Shown here piece after piece: positions 40,236-52,348 of a stretch of DNA of 64,000 nucleotides. Both the position numbers and the translations under genes were made by a program. How positions within the stretch are numbered: position 1 is the stretch's first letter; each line of letters starts with the position of its first letter. The DNA comes from an uncultured delta proteobacterium (GTDB lineage Bacteria; Desulfobacterota; Binatia; Binatales; Binataceae): positions 1,184,001 to 1,248,000 of the forward strand of contig CAVXXK010000001.1 in the NCBI GenBank assembly GCA_963765675.1, written 5' to 3'. The notes below the pieces were generated by a model, which had not been told where the DNA came from, ran no database searches, and saw only the letters and a program-made list of their open reading frames with translations.

Positions 40236-40250
40236 AGCTGCGACAGGTTG

Positions 40251-40691
40251 CTAGCGCTTGCGATTCATCATGCGATAGTCGACGTACGCGGCGACCTCGC
40301 CGTTTTGATTGGTGAGCGTCGAGCGGATCACGGTGAAGGTCATGGTGCCGGTGCGCCCGGTTTTTTCGTAGGTTTCCTTCACTTCGGTGGTGACCGAAAT
40401 CAAGTCGCCAGGACGAATCGGGGTCTTCAGCTCGAGGTCGATGCCGGCCATCAGGCTGCCGCGCGGAAATAAATTCCGCTCGACCGACCCTTCACCGCGC
40501 CGGATCAAGGTCGCGAACCACGGTGGTGCGATGGTTCCGCCATAGGGGCTGGCCTTTGCGGCGATAGGATCGAGGTAGAGCGGATTGAGATCACCGACCG
40601 CGATGCAATAGTTCGCAATCTTTTCCGCCGTCACCTCGACCGGAGCATCGGGCTGGAATCGGCGCGCGAGTTTGGTTTCGTCTTCTTTCAT
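40251..40691 (-). CDS. MaoC/FAS1-like hotdog dehydratase
   Basis: IANYCIAVGDLNPLY, IAPPWF, PIRPGDLI, TNQNGE. Start taken at ATG 40691. Confidence 0.85.
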   Translation of the reverse strand: MKEDETKLARRFQPDAPVEVTAEKIANYCIAVGDLNPLYLDPIAAKASPYGGTIAPPWFATLIRRGEGSVERNLFPRGSLMAGIDLELKTPIRPGDLISVTTEVKETYEKTGRTGTMTFTVIRSTLTNQNGEVAAYVDYRMMNRKR

Positions 40692-40884
40692 TCTCACAGT
40701 GGTAGGCAGGGAGTGAATCGAACACTCGACACCAGGATTATCAGTTCGCTTTAGAGGAGTCCGTGCATGCGTAAGTGAGACTACGCGATGCTTTGTCTTC
40801 AAGTCCAATCCTCGAAAGTCCGAGCGTATTAGTTCACCCGGTTGGGCGGTCGGCATCGCCAGCATACATCGGGCCCTTGGCTCG

Positions 40885-41064
40885 GCCCGACGAAAATCCG
40901 CTGAACTGCGCGCGACCACCAGTCTCGCACGCTTCCTCCGAGATACTGGCCGTCGGGATGACGCCCGTACGATGCTCGCCGAAGCTTACAACTGGTTCAC
41001 CGAGGGCTCAGACACCGCTGACATCAAGGATGCGAAGGCACTACTAGATGAACTGGAATCTTAG
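40885..41064 (+). pseudogene. C-terminal remnant of a cyclase-STAND-TPR gene
   Basis: Not in the ORF track. ARRKSAELRATTSLARFLRDTGRRDDARTMLAEAYNWFTEGSDTADIKDAKALLDELES* aligns with the C-terminus of the gene ending at 59009. Confidence 0.85.
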
Positions 41065-41217
41065 GATCCAGCGAAAGTAGAGGGACATGCGCTTCACGTG
41101 TAGCCTCGGCGGGAACTTGCGTTTGCAAAACTACCGGCCTCAATGCGATCCTGTTTCCTCTTAAAATATTGAAGTCTCGGTTAAGCGTATCCAGTCGTCG
41201 ACCAGGGAGGCTAAACC

Positions 41218-41970
41218 ATGAAGATCGTCGTCATCGGCGGTACCGGCCTGATCGGCTCGAAGACCGTCGCCATTCTGCGCCAGGGCTGCCACGAGGTAGT
41301 CGCCGCCTCGCCCAAAAGCGGCGTTAACACCATCACCGGCGAGGGCCTCAAGGAGGCTATCGCCGGCGCGCAGGTGGTGATCGACCTCGCCAATTCACCC
41401 TCATTTGAAGACAAGGCTGTGCTGGAATTCTTCCAAACCGCAGGCCGCAACCTTCGCGCGGCGGAGGCCGGAGCCGACGTCCGGCACCATGTCGCGCTGT
41501 CCATCGTTGGAATCGATCGGAGCGACAATGGCTATTTCCGCGCCAAGGTCGCCCAAGAGAAACTGATCGAGACCTCCGGCATTCCTTACACCATCATCCG
41601 TTCGACCCAGTTCCTGGAATTCCTCGGCGGCATCGCTGCTTCAAGTGCGGATGGAAACATCGTCAGGCTGTCGCCCGGCCTGTTCCAGCCGATCGCGGCG
41701 GACGACGTTGCCGCCATCGTTGCCGAGGTGGCGCTCGCGGCGCCGCGAAACGGTATCGTCGAGATCGCCGGCCCGGAACGAGCGCCGTTCAACGAGATCG
41801 TTGCCCGCTATCTGAAGGCGGTCGGCGACCCGCGTGAAGTCGTGTGCGACCCCGAGGCCCGATACTTCGGCGGCCGGGTCGAGGAGTGCTCACTGGTGCC
41901 GTTGGGCGAAGCGCGCCTCGGCCGCATCGGTTTCGACGAATGGCTCCGCCGCTCACAGACAGGAGCCTGA
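41218..41970 (+). CDS. Atypical SDR / NmrA-like NAD(P)-binding protein
   Basis: IVVIGGTGLIG, HHVALSIVG, YFRAKVAQE, QPIAADDVA. SD GGGAGG. Confidence 0.9.
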   Translation: MKIVVIGGTGLIGSKTVAILRQGCHEVVAASPKSGVNTITGEGLKEAIAGAQVVIDLANSPSFEDKAVLEFFQTAGRNLRAAEAGADVRHHVALSIVGIDRSDNGYFRAKVAQEKLIETSGIPYTIIRSTQFLEFLGGIAASSADGNIVRLSPGLFQPIAADDVAAIVAEVALAAPRNGIVEIAGPERAPFNEIVARYLKAVGDPREVVCDPEARYFGGRVEECSLVPLGEARLGRIGFDEWLRRSQTGA

Positions 41971-41999
41971 TCTCGCATCCCCCGACGAAGGAGAGAGCC

Positions 42000-42435
42000 A
42001 TGAAACGGACCCTCTGTGCGCTGCTTGCCGCCTGTGCGCTGCTTGTTGCCGCCCTGCCATTCGGCGGCGCGCTAGCGGAAGCGCCCAAGTCGAAGAACGC
42101 CAAGGTCACCCTCGTCTACCGGCACGAGCTGCCGAACTGTCCCGGCAAGAGCATCAAGGGCGTGCTCGTCGAATACGGCCCGGGCGGCTACTCGTCTGCT
42201 CACACGCATCCCAAATCCGCCTTTATCTACGCGACCGTGCTTGAGGGAGCGATCCGCAGTCAGGTCAACGACGGACCGGTCACGACCTACGAGGCCGGGA
42301 CAGAGCTTCTCCGAGCTGCCCGGCGACCGCCACGGCGTCAGCGCCAATGCCAGCGAGACGAAGCCGGCCAAGCTCCTCGCGGTGTTCGTGGTGAACACCG
42401 ACGAGACGGAACTGACGATCCCGTTTGGGAACTGA
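42000..42435 (+). CDS. Exported cupin-domain protein with a +1 frameshift at ~42300 (error or pseudogene)
   Basis: MKRTLCALLAAC.., VEYGPGGYSSAHTH..YEAG, then QSFSELPGDRHGVSANAS..KLLAVFV in the +1 frame. Confidence 0.8.
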
Positions 42436-42528
42436 GGTCCTAAGTACCGGGCGAAAGGGCGGACAGAGGGTACCGGACAACATCGTGCGGTGCGCCTCGC
42501 GGTTGTGAACTAATGGAGAATCGCGACA

Positions 42529-44037
42529 ATGCCTGATGGAAACTCGACTGAGTCCGCTGGCAAATCCCTCCACGAACCGGCGCCATCTGCACCGACGCCG
42601 GAGGCCGATGCGTCAATCGCACAAGCCCCAACGGGGAAGCAGCTTCAAAGGCGGCAGTTGTGGATGTGGATCGCCGGCGGTGTGCTTCTCCTTTTGGCGC
42701 TATACGAGGCCATCCCGCGGGCCATCACTGCCTTCAGAACAGAGTCAACAGACGACGCCTACGTTAACGGACACGTGACGTTTGTGGCGCCGCGGGTGCC
42801 TGGTCAGGTCGTGCGTGTGCTGGTGGACGACAACAATCGCGTGCGGAAGGGCACCGTGCTTGTGCAGCTTGACAAGGAACCGTACCAAGTCAAGGTCGAA
42901 ATCGCGCGAGCTGCGCTGTCGGTTGCGCAGGTCGGCATTGTCACAGCACAAGCGAAAGTTCGGGGCCTTGAGAGTTTGGCGCGCAGCCAGAGGTTCGATC
43001 TGGCAAATGCGATGCACAACCTCAACAACCAAGTCGCCGACCTGCACTCCAAAGTAGATGCTCTTCAAGCCGCGAATGCCACCCTGATCAAGACCCAGGC
43101 CGACTTCGGGCGGGAGAAGCAGCTGTACCAACAGCAGGTTATATCAAGACAGCAGTTCGATTCGTTCCAGGAAGCCTTTTCGGTAGCTCAGGCACAGCAG
43201 CAGAAGGCTCAGCATGATGTCGCGGCGGTTCGTGCCGAACTTGGGCTGGCAGCCACATCCAAAAACGGTGATGAGCTCAGCGGCATACCCGCGAATCTCG
43301 ACCAAACCTATTCAGCGGTCAAGGTTGCCCAGGAGCGACTGATGCAGACTGCGGCCGAGCTCGGGTCTTTTCATTCATTCAATGAGTCTCCCGAACAGAT
43401 GCTCGCCGAGTTCTACAAACGCGACTCATCCGGCAATATCGATGCGATCTTCGATGAGATTTCCAAAAATGCACCCGACACCAAACAGGCTGAGGCCAAG
43501 TTGAAGGAGGCCCAAGCCAATCTCGATCAAGCCGAGCTGAACCTTTCCTATTGCGATATCGTGGCCGACATTGACGGTGTCGTGACGCGTCGCAACGTCA
43601 ACCCAGGCGATCAGGTTATCGCCGGGCAGGGGCTGATGGCGCTGCGATCTCTCACCGATATTTGGGTCGACGCTAACTTCAAGGAGACGCAACTGGCGAA
43701 TCTGCGTATCGGACAGCCGGTGGAGCTCGACGTCGACATGTACGGCAGTCATCGGCATTTTCAGGGTCGCGTTTCCGGATTCACGATGGGAACCGGATCT
43801 ACGCTGGCGCTTTTGCCGGCCGAAAATGCGACGGGAAACTTCGTCAAGGTTGTGCAACGGCTGCCGGTGCGAATCGAGTTGACCAATTACGATCCTGACG
43901 TAGCTCCTCTGTTCATCGGGCTATCGGTCACTCCGTACGTATACATCCACCAGACGCCTACCGGTCCGAACGCTGGCAAGATGCTTCAAGCCTCAGTATC
44001 CGGGACTGGTTCTGTTTCCGCGCCCGGCCGTCAATGA
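42529..44037 (+). CDS. emrA: HlyD/EmrA-family membrane fusion protein
   Basis: ESTDDAYVNG, WVDANFKETQL, LLPAENATGNFVKVVQRLPV. Confidence 0.9.
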   Translation: MPDGNSTESAGKSLHEPAPSAPTPEADASIAQAPTGKQLQRRQLWMWIAGGVLLLLALYEAIPRAITAFRTESTDDAYVNGHVTFVAPRVPGQVVRVLVDDNNRVRKGTVLVQLDKEPYQVKVEIARAALSVAQVGIVTAQAKVRGLESLARSQRFDLANAMHNLNNQVADLHSKVDALQAANATLIKTQADFGREKQLYQQQVISRQQFDSFQEAFSVAQAQQQKAQHDVAAVRAELGLAATSKNGDELSGIPANLDQTYSAVKVAQERLMQTAAELGSFHSFNESPEQMLAEFYKRDSSGNIDAIFDEISKNAPDTKQAEAKLKEAQANLDQAELNLSYCDIVADIDGVVTRRNVNPGDQVIAGQGLMALRSLTDIWVDANFKETQLANLRIGQPVELDVDMYGSHRHFQGRVSGFTMGTGSTLALLPAENATGNFVKVVQRLPVRIELTNYDPDVAPLFIGLSVTPYVYIHQTPTGPNAGKMLQASVSGTGSVSAPGRQ

Positions 44038-45641
44038 GTGCCGCCGCGCTCCAGGTTCCGCTCGCGAGGCGATCGGTCAATCCGTGGCTGATAGCGTTTG
44101 CAGTGGTAATCCCGACCTTCATGGAGGTTCTGGATACTACAATCGCGAATGTTTCCTTGCGTTATATTGCCGGCGGTTTATCGGCTGCCAATGTTGACAG
44201 CGAGTGGGTCATCACCGCTTACCTCGCATCCAATGCGATCGTTCTGCCGATTTCCGGATGGCTCGCCCTGCGGCTCGGCAGGCGAAACTATTTCCTGCTC
44301 TCGATAGCCATCTTTACGTTGGCGTCCGCGTTGTGCGGAATGGCCGGAAGCCTTGGATTCATAATCGCATCTCGAGCGCTTCAGGGTGTGGCCGGCGGTG
44401 GTCTCCAACCCTCGAGCCAGGCTGTGCTTCTTGATGCGTTCCCGCAAGAGAAACAAGGCCAGGCGATGACGATCTTTGGGATGGCGGCACTTCTCGCGCC
44501 AGTCGTCGGGCCGACGCTCGGCGGCTATATCACCGACAACTACGGCTGGCGCTGGATCTTCTATCTGAACGTGCCTATCGGCCTGTTGGCCTATTTGATG
44601 TGCCACGCGCTGGTCCAAGATCCGGAATATCTAAAAGTTGAACGGGCCAAGAATCGGAATCGACGCGAACCCTTCGATATGCTCGGCCTCTGTCTGCTGA
44701 CTGTGACCATGGTTTGCTGGGAGGTCATGCTCAGCAAGGGGCAGGAGTGGGACTGGCTCGGCGATCCGTTCTATCGCGTGCAAACCCTGTTGATCCTCTT
44801 TGGGCTCGGCTTGGGCGGCTTGATCTATCGCGAATTGCATCTGCGCAATCCACTAGTCGCGCTCCGAACGATGGCCGACCGAAACTTTGGCACCTGCTGC
44901 GTCATTATCTTCTGCGCATACGGAGTGCTGTACGCGAACACCATTTCGCTTCCCGCTTTGCTGCAATCACTTTTTGGCTACGACGCCACAACCTCGGGGT
45001 TGGTTCTATCGCCATCAGGAATCTTCGCGATTATCATGCTCGTCGTCGTCGGCGCTCTGCTATCTCGCGGAGTCGATGCTCGATACCTGATGGCGGGCGG
45101 ATTACTCACGATGGCCGTGGGAAACTACTGGATGGCACTCCTTAACCTGAATATCAGTCCGTGGCAGGTGGTGTGGCCGAGGGTAGTGGTGATCGCGGGG
45201 TTGTCGATGCTATTCGCGCCTCTTAACGTGGCAGCGTTTATCTATCTACCGAAGGAGATCCGCGGCCCAGCGGTTGGATTGCTCGCTCTGCTGCGCAACG
45301 AAGGCGGCAGCGTGGGAACTTCGGTCGCGCAAATAATTCAGGAACGACGCGAGCAGTTTCATACCCTGCGGCTGAACGAAAGCCTCGATCCCCTGAACCC
45401 TCCGGTCAACTCTCTCTTGGCACGGGGCCAGGCGTATTTTCTGCAGCACAACGGCGATGCTGTGTTGTCACATCAAATGGCGCTAGGGGTTCTCGACCAG
45501 TCGCGAGCTCAGCAGGCCTCGGCATTGGCCTACTTTGACGTCTTCTCCTTTTCGGCTGCGGTCGGCTTGATGTTGGTATTCTCTATCCTGCTCATGCGTC
45601 GTTCGGTAGCCGAGAAAGGGGCCCCGATTGGTGGGGAGTAG
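44034..45641 (+). CDS. emrB: DHA2-family MFS efflux permease (EmrB-type)
   Basis: FMEVLDTTIANV, WVITAYL, APVVGPTLGG, WRWIFYLNVPIG, LRNEGGS. ATGA overlap with emrA. Confidence 0.9.
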   Translation: MSAAALQVPLARRSVNPWLIAFAVVIPTFMEVLDTTIANVSLRYIAGGLSAANVDSEWVITAYLASNAIVLPISGWLALRLGRRNYFLLSIAIFTLASALCGMAGSLGFIIASRALQGVAGGGLQPSSQAVLLDAFPQEKQGQAMTIFGMAALLAPVVGPTLGGYITDNYGWRWIFYLNVPIGLLAYLMCHALVQDPEYLKVERAKNRNRREPFDMLGLCLLTVTMVCWEVMLSKGQEWDWLGDPFYRVQTLLILFGLGLGGLIYRELHLRNPLVALRTMADRNFGTCCVIIFCAYGVLYANTISLPALLQSLFGYDATTSGLVLSPSGIFAIIMLVVVGALLSRGVDARYLMAGGLLTMAVGNYWMALLNLNISPWQVVWPRVVVIAGLSMLFAPLNVAAFIYLPKEIRGPAVGLLALLRNEGGSVGTSVAQIIQERREQFHTLRLNESLDPLNPPVNSLLARGQAYFLQHNGDAVLSHQMALGVLDQSRAQQASALAYFDVFSFSAAVGLMLVFSILLMRRSVAEKGAPIGGE

Positions 45642-45988
45642 CCAGTTCTCGTTCAAGTCAGCCGGTAAAGTAGCGCGCGATGCCCGCGGCAACGTCGTCC
45701 TCGAGGTCGCAATCTTATTGTTTCGAGTAGCCCGATCCGAGAAATGATTCGCGCAAGGCGGACGCTTACATCCAAGTTTCGGACATATAATTGGCTGCAC
45801 ATTGGCGCGGTAGAGTCTGCAGTTCGGGGGGTTAATTCAAATGGTCGCGCCGGCAGGCTGTGTGGAAGCGTTCGATGTACAGCGAAGACCGCGCCATCGA
45901 CCAGATCGCTTTTCGGTGAAAGTGTTCGCCCTAGTTGTAACTCCAAATCGCGCGTACTCAGCTCAGCCGGAAATTCCGGCTTGAACGC

Positions 45989-46930
45989 TCATCTTCCCTT
46001 GGGAATGAACCCCGGGATGCCCGTGTCAACCACCGAATTGAGCCTGACTCGGGTACTGATTCCTTGAGCGATCTCTTCGATGGCGTCGTCGGGAAGAGCC
46101 GAGACATCAAAATTTTCCTCGATGTGGCGGATGCTTGTAGCCGTGGTGAGAGGAGCCGTGCCGCGCTGCAGCGCCCAGGCAAGTAGGACTTGAGCTGGGG
46201 TTTTGTGGACGCGCTTCGCAATGACGCTGATCACAGGATCGTCGATCAATTTCGGTTCGATACCATGACCCAGAGCAGCGAACGCCTGCATCACGATGCC
46301 ATTCCTCTTGCAATAGTCGAGCAGATCCCATTCAGGGAGATATGGATGAGATTCAACCTGAACAACCGCCGGCTTTATGCGTGCGATTTCAAACACCTCT
46401 TTCAGTTGTTCCAAACTGATGTTCGACAATCCGATCGCCTTGCACTGACCTTCGTCGACGAGGCTCTCCAAAGCCTTCCATGTATTCGTCAGAGTCGTCG
46501 CGTCGTCATAAATCACCCTACCGTTCTTGTCTCTGGGGTCTTGCTCGTCGCCGGGTTTGAAAGCGAATGGAGTGTGGATGCTGTATAGATCGATATAGTC
46601 CAGTTGCAGTCTTTTCAGACTTGCCTCGAAGGCGGGCTTAACGCGTTCGGGACGATGATTGTTGTTCCAGAGCTTCGTACCCACAAAAACGTCCCTCCGT
46701 TTGAGCTTACCCTCCTTGAACACCGCCCGCATTGCTTCGCCCACCTGTTCTTCATTTCGGTACCGCTCAGCGCAATCGAATTGACGGAAGCCCACCTCCA
46801 GAGAGATCCTAACTGCCTCTTTTGTTGCGATCGGATCAGGAATCAGCGTCCCAAACCCGAGCGCGGGAATCTCATCAGAGCCGTTATTGAGCGGTATCGT
46901 TGTATGGCGAAGGCCGTAGGCGTCACTCAT
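45989..46930 (-). CDS. Aldo/keto reductase
   Basis: LGFGT, FDCAERYRNE, TKLW, LDYIDLYSIH, IGLSN, QVESHPY. Confidence 0.92.
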   Translation of the reverse strand: MSDAYGLRHTTIPLNNGSDEIPALGFGTLIPDPIATKEAVRISLEVGFRQFDCAERYRNEEQVGEAMRAVFKEGKLKRRDVFVGTKLWNNNHRPERVKPAFEASLKRLQLDYIDLYSIHTPFAFKPGDEQDPRDKNGRVIYDDATTLTNTWKALESLVDEGQCKAIGLSNISLEQLKEVFEIARIKPAVVQVESHPYLPEWDLLDYCKRNGIVMQAFAALGHGIEPKLIDDPVISVIAKRVHKTPAQVLLAWALQRGTAPLTTATSIRHIEENFDVSALPDDAIEEIAQGISTRVRLNSVVDTGIPGFIPKGR

Positions 46931-47138
46931 AAAACATTACCCCTATGCAAATCGCATTCTGAGTCGATTGTAACAAAGCTCTCCGAGGAATGGCGAATCG
47001 TTGCCAGCGAACGAGCTCACCAAGCCGGGAGCCTGACGATCGACGCGGGCAAATGTCTTCGCGCGCCAGCACTCCCTTCGATCAACTTTAAAGGATAATC
47101 TCTAACGAAACTGTTAAGACGCGCAAAGGAGACAGTCC

Positions 47139-47630
47139 ATGGCCGGGAAGAACCTCGGTGACGCCTTCGGCGGCAAGATCACCACCTTGGAAGAACAGCG
47201 CGCAATCTGGCTCGATGCCCTGCATGAGGACGCCATCTGGGAGGGACCGACGTTCGAGATCCCGGTGACGCTGATCGGGTTCGAGGCAGTGAGCCGTTTT
47301 ATGGAATTTCTGCTGAGTGTGGTTCCGCGCTTCAACACAACGCCGGCAGCGATGTATCCCACAGCCGATCCGGATACTACCATCGTGGAATCATCAGGCG
47401 GTGGCGATACGGTAAACGGCGGCCGCTATACGCAGCGCTACTTCACCTTGATCACCATCAAAAACGGTCAGGCGTTCCGCATGCGCGAATACGTCAATCC
47501 GTTCCAGACCTACAAGAGCTTCGGGAAGGAGCGCTGGGAGCGTGTCGTCGGCGAGATCGCGGCGAAGCACAACCGGCCCTGGCCGGCGTCGCAACTCCCC
47601 GACCCGATCGTGTTGCCGCCACTCAGGTAA
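47139..47630 (+). CDS. NTF2/SnoaL (PhzA/B-like) protein
   Basis: LHEDAIWEGP, TADPDTTIVES, YTQRYF, MREYVNP. SD AAGGAG. Confidence 0.8.
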   Translation: MAGKNLGDAFGGKITTLEEQRAIWLDALHEDAIWEGPTFEIPVTLIGFEAVSRFMEFLLSVVPRFNTTPAAMYPTADPDTTIVESSGGGDTVNGGRYTQRYFTLITIKNGQAFRMREYVNPFQTYKSFGKERWERVVGEIAAKHNRPWPASQLPDPIVLPPLR

Positions 47631-47681
47631 AGGCTGTCGTCCGCATCGTGCGAGCAAACTCGCCTCAGATTGGGACCATGA

Positions 47682-47711
47682 AATGAGGGCGGCCTTGATG
47701 GCGGCCTCATT
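47682..47711. terminator. Imperfect hairpin between convergent genes
   Basis: AATGAGGGCGGCC-TTGAT-GGCGGCCTCATT. Confidence 0.4.
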
Positions 47712-47730
47712 CCTGATGTCGCTCCCTTTG

Positions 47731-48873
47731 CTACTTTTTGCCCCGAGTTGGCAAACGAATGACGCCGGTTGCCAGCACCGACAGTTCGCCGTCCTGATTG
47801 ACCGCGCGCTGTGCGATCTCAGCATAATGCGCTCCCGCCTCGGCAAAGGTGCGTGTCACCTCACCATCGATGTAGAGCGTATCGCCGACCGGATTGTGAC
47901 GCCGAATTTTTACCTCGAGCTTTTGCAGGAAGCCGCTGTCGCCCATCCAATTTGTAAGATGATGGGACATCCAGGAGCATCGCTCCGGACCATAGTCGTA
48001 AGCGGCGGGCGTTCCGACCAGCGTGGCTAGGTCATCCTCCCAGTGCACGCGTTCGGGAACGTCGGGAATGCCGAATTTGTTGGGAATCCCCAGCCCGGGA
48101 TGCTTCTGCAACTGCTTCCACGCGAGCTTGTTTGCGCGGATGTAGAGGCCGCCCCATCCCTGCGCGAACGCGATGAAGCCGGTGACCGTCATGGGGCCCT
48201 TCACCATGGTCGGCAGTTTGTCGCCGATATGGACATCATCTACATAACGCGGGTTCGCGCCGCGGATTTCCTCGGCCTCATAGAGCGAGAAAATCTTCGC
48301 GAGGTCCTCGCGCGTATACTTTACCGGTGCACGGTTTTTCACCGATTCATACTTGGTACCCCGCTCGCGAGCGGTGTCGCGTTCGGTGCGGAAGCACCAG
48401 CTATCGCCCTCGGCGACGAGCTCGCGATTCTGATTGTAAAATTCGCATCGATAAATTTGCTGAATCGAGCGGCCGGCGAAGCGCGTCTCATGCTCCACGA
48501 GATCCTTCAGCCACACTTTCGTCGTGAACGAGTCGCCGAGCATCATCGCCTGATGCCAGGTGACATTGATGCCGGCGAACATCGCATGCACGCCGGCGAG
48601 ACCTCCGACGTATCCGCTGAACGATCTGTTGAGTGGAAAGATAAACGAGGGCGGCGCCTGCACGCGTCCGAACTCAGTGTTCGCGGCATAGTTCGGATCG
48701 CACCAAAGAGGATTGTCGTCGCCGATTCCGTGCGCCCAATGGCGGATGTTGTCGCGCGAGGCCTCGTAGCACCACGGCTCGAGTGAATCTTCAATCGGAA
48801 CCCCAATCAGCTTTTTCAGACCAACCAGACTCTCGTCGCTGATTACAGAAAAGCGCTGCCGAGTTTCAGACAT
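47731..48873 (-). CDS. Double-hotdog MaoC/FAS1-like acyl dehydratase
   Basis: IRHWAHGIGDDNPLW, APPSF, second hotdog domain with HW..A..GTPAAYDYG and NWMGDSG. Confidence 0.85.
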   Translation of the reverse strand: MSETRQRFSVISDESLVGLKKLIGVPIEDSLEPWCYEASRDNIRHWAHGIGDDNPLWCDPNYAANTEFGRVQAPPSFIFPLNRSFSGYVGGLAGVHAMFAGINVTWHQAMMLGDSFTTKVWLKDLVEHETRFAGRSIQQIYRCEFYNQNRELVAEGDSWCFRTERDTARERGTKYESVKNRAPVKYTREDLAKIFSLYEAEEIRGANPRYVDDVHIGDKLPTMVKGPMTVTGFIAFAQGWGGLYIRANKLAWKQLQKHPGLGIPNKFGIPDVPERVHWEDDLATLVGTPAAYDYGPERCSWMSHHLTNWMGDSGFLQKLEVKIRRHNPVGDTLYIDGEVTRTFAEAGAHYAEIAQRAVNQDGELSVLATGVIRLPTRGKK

Positions 48874-48879
48874 GGAATA

Positions 48880-48907
48880 TCTATAGACTGTCCAAATTTG
48901 CTGTCAA
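48880..48907 (-). promoter_or_regulatory. Sigma70-like promoter TTGACA-N16-TATAGA, 6 nt before the ATG (probable leaderless mRNA)
   Basis: Hexamers seen directly. No SD between the -10 element and the ATG. Confidence 0.5.
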
Positions 48908-49118
48908 CGGAAAACACGACTTAGTTCGGCAGGTTGGTTCACCCAACCGAAAGAGGCTTGTCTCGATGGCCTCGCGAAAATCGGCGCTGCAATTAGCGCG
49001 TCTCGCAAAAAGTCGTCTGCCTGATACCCGCCTCGATCTTGTGTCTGCTCTACAGTGTGCGATAAGCATGAAAATCTGAGCTTGGCGCGCGAACGATGAC
49101 GGACAAGTGGGATAAGAA

Positions 49119-50939
<1,821 letters not shown>

Positions 50940-51002
50940 GCAGCGACCCTAACGTCGTTTCTAATAATCCTCCCCCGTGTCGGACAACGGGAGAGGAATC
51001 AG

Positions 51003-51036
51003 AAAAAAGAAGGGCAGCGCCTGGGCGCCGCCCTTC
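51003..51036 (-). terminator. Rho-independent terminator
   Basis: GAAGGGCAGCGCC-TG-GGCGCCGCCCTTC stem with an A-run on the + strand (U-tract on -), downstream of the gene ending at 51071. Confidence 0.7.
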
Positions 51037-51070
51037 GGGTTTCGTGGCGATAAGAAAATAGTCGCGCGGA

Positions 51071-52156
51071 TCAGGCGGCCTCTGCCTTTACGCCGTTGAG
51101 CTTCTTCAGCTCGGGCATCACATCGCTGGCGAACAGGCGCAGGCTCTTTTCCGCGTCCTCGATCGGCATGCCCGCGTAGCTGAATACGCCGGTGTAATGA
51201 TCCGCGTTCACTTTCACGCGGATTTCATCGATCTTGTTAAAACAATCCTCAGGCGTGCCCCACACCTGCAGGCTGAGGAAATATTCGACCGACGCGTCCT
51301 TGTTCGAGCCTTTCAGGTTTTTGGACATCTGCTCGTAATACTCGTAGCCCTTGGCCTTGCCGAAATGGTCGCTCGCCATCTCGTAGTGGCGCAGCGCCGT
51401 TTCCCAGTAGCCGCCGATATATTTCACCGCCATCTCGCGCGCGCGGTCGCGGCTCTTGTCGCAGAAAGTCCATCCGGCCGCGATCGTCGGCAGCGGCTCG
51501 CCGCCGTTAACCTGCTTGTAGATCGTTCGATACTCGGCCAGTTCCTGCGCGACCGCTTCCCACGGTTTCTGCGGGATGATCAGGATGCCGATACCGAGCT
51601 TGGCCATGATTCGCGCCGATTCGGGCGAGACTGCGGCGGCGTAGGTGCGGCCCTTGAACGACTTGAACGGCTTGGGACGGATATCGCGCCGGGGCTGCTT
51701 CAGGTACGTGCCGTCGGCCTCCATGTAGCCGCGCTCGAGGGCTTCGAGAATCGCAGCCGAATATTCGATAAAGCGATCGCGCGACTCGCCCATATCGAGC
51801 CGGAAGCCGTCGTACTCGATCCGCGCAAGTCCGCGCCCGAGTCCCAGGATCATGCGGCCGTTTGATTGATGATCAACCACCGACACCTGCTCGGCCACGC
51901 GAATCGGATCGTGCCACGGCACCACCACGACCATCGAGCCGAGCTGGACCTTCGTGGTGCGGCCGGCGTAGTAGCTCAGGAACTGCAGCACGTCGGGGCA
52001 CATCGTGTAGTCGTCGAAGTGATGCTCGACGCTCCAGATCGAATCGAATCCGAGCGGTTCGTAAAGGTCGCCGATCCGGAGATCGTCGCGATACACGTCG
52101 CGGTCCGAGCGGGTGTTATGGGGATTCTGGAAAATTACTGCGCCACCAACTTTCAT
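51071..52156 (-). CDS. LLM-class flavin-dependent (luciferase-like) monooxygenase
   Basis: GFDSIWSVEHHF, HDPIRVAEQ, GRMILGLGRG. Confidence 0.92.
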   Translation of the reverse strand: MKVGGAVIFQNPHNTRSDRDVYRDDLRIGDLYEPLGFDSIWSVEHHFDDYTMCPDVLQFLSYYAGRTTKVQLGSMVVVVPWHDPIRVAEQVSVVDHQSNGRMILGLGRGLARIEYDGFRLDMGESRDRFIEYSAAILEALERGYMEADGTYLKQPRRDIRPKPFKSFKGRTYAAAVSPESARIMAKLGIGILIIPQKPWEAVAQELAEYRTIYKQVNGGEPLPTIAAGWTFCDKSRDRAREMAVKYIGGYWETALRHYEMASDHFGKAKGYEYYEQMSKNLKGSNKDASVEYFLSLQVWGTPEDCFNKIDEIRVKVNADHYTGVFSYAGMPIEDAEKSLRLFASDVMPELKKLNGVKAEAA

Positions 52157-52348
52157 GGGTTTGTCCTCCAGCCCGGACGCGCCTGCGTACCGGAAATCCT
52201 GTCTGCAAAGCTGCTACCACGTCTTGGCGGTCATTGCAAAGCCACTACTAAACGGTCGGTATGTAACCCGTCGGCCTTGTGCGATGCCGCTCTCGCTTGC
52301 CTTCGCGAGGCCCTAGCGCGATTACTATTTCAGCACTAAGGAGCCGCC

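Noticed and set aside
45824-45870. GGGGGGTTAATTCAAATGGT and TGGTCGCGCCGGCAGG resemble tRNA ends
   Set aside because: No complementary D-stem, no GTTCGA T-loop at the right spacing and no cloverleaf.
50968-50997. TCCTCCCCCGTGTCGGACAACGGGAGAGGA, a REP-like hairpin
   Set aside because: I saw only one copy in the window, so it cannot be called a repeat family. It may simply help termination.
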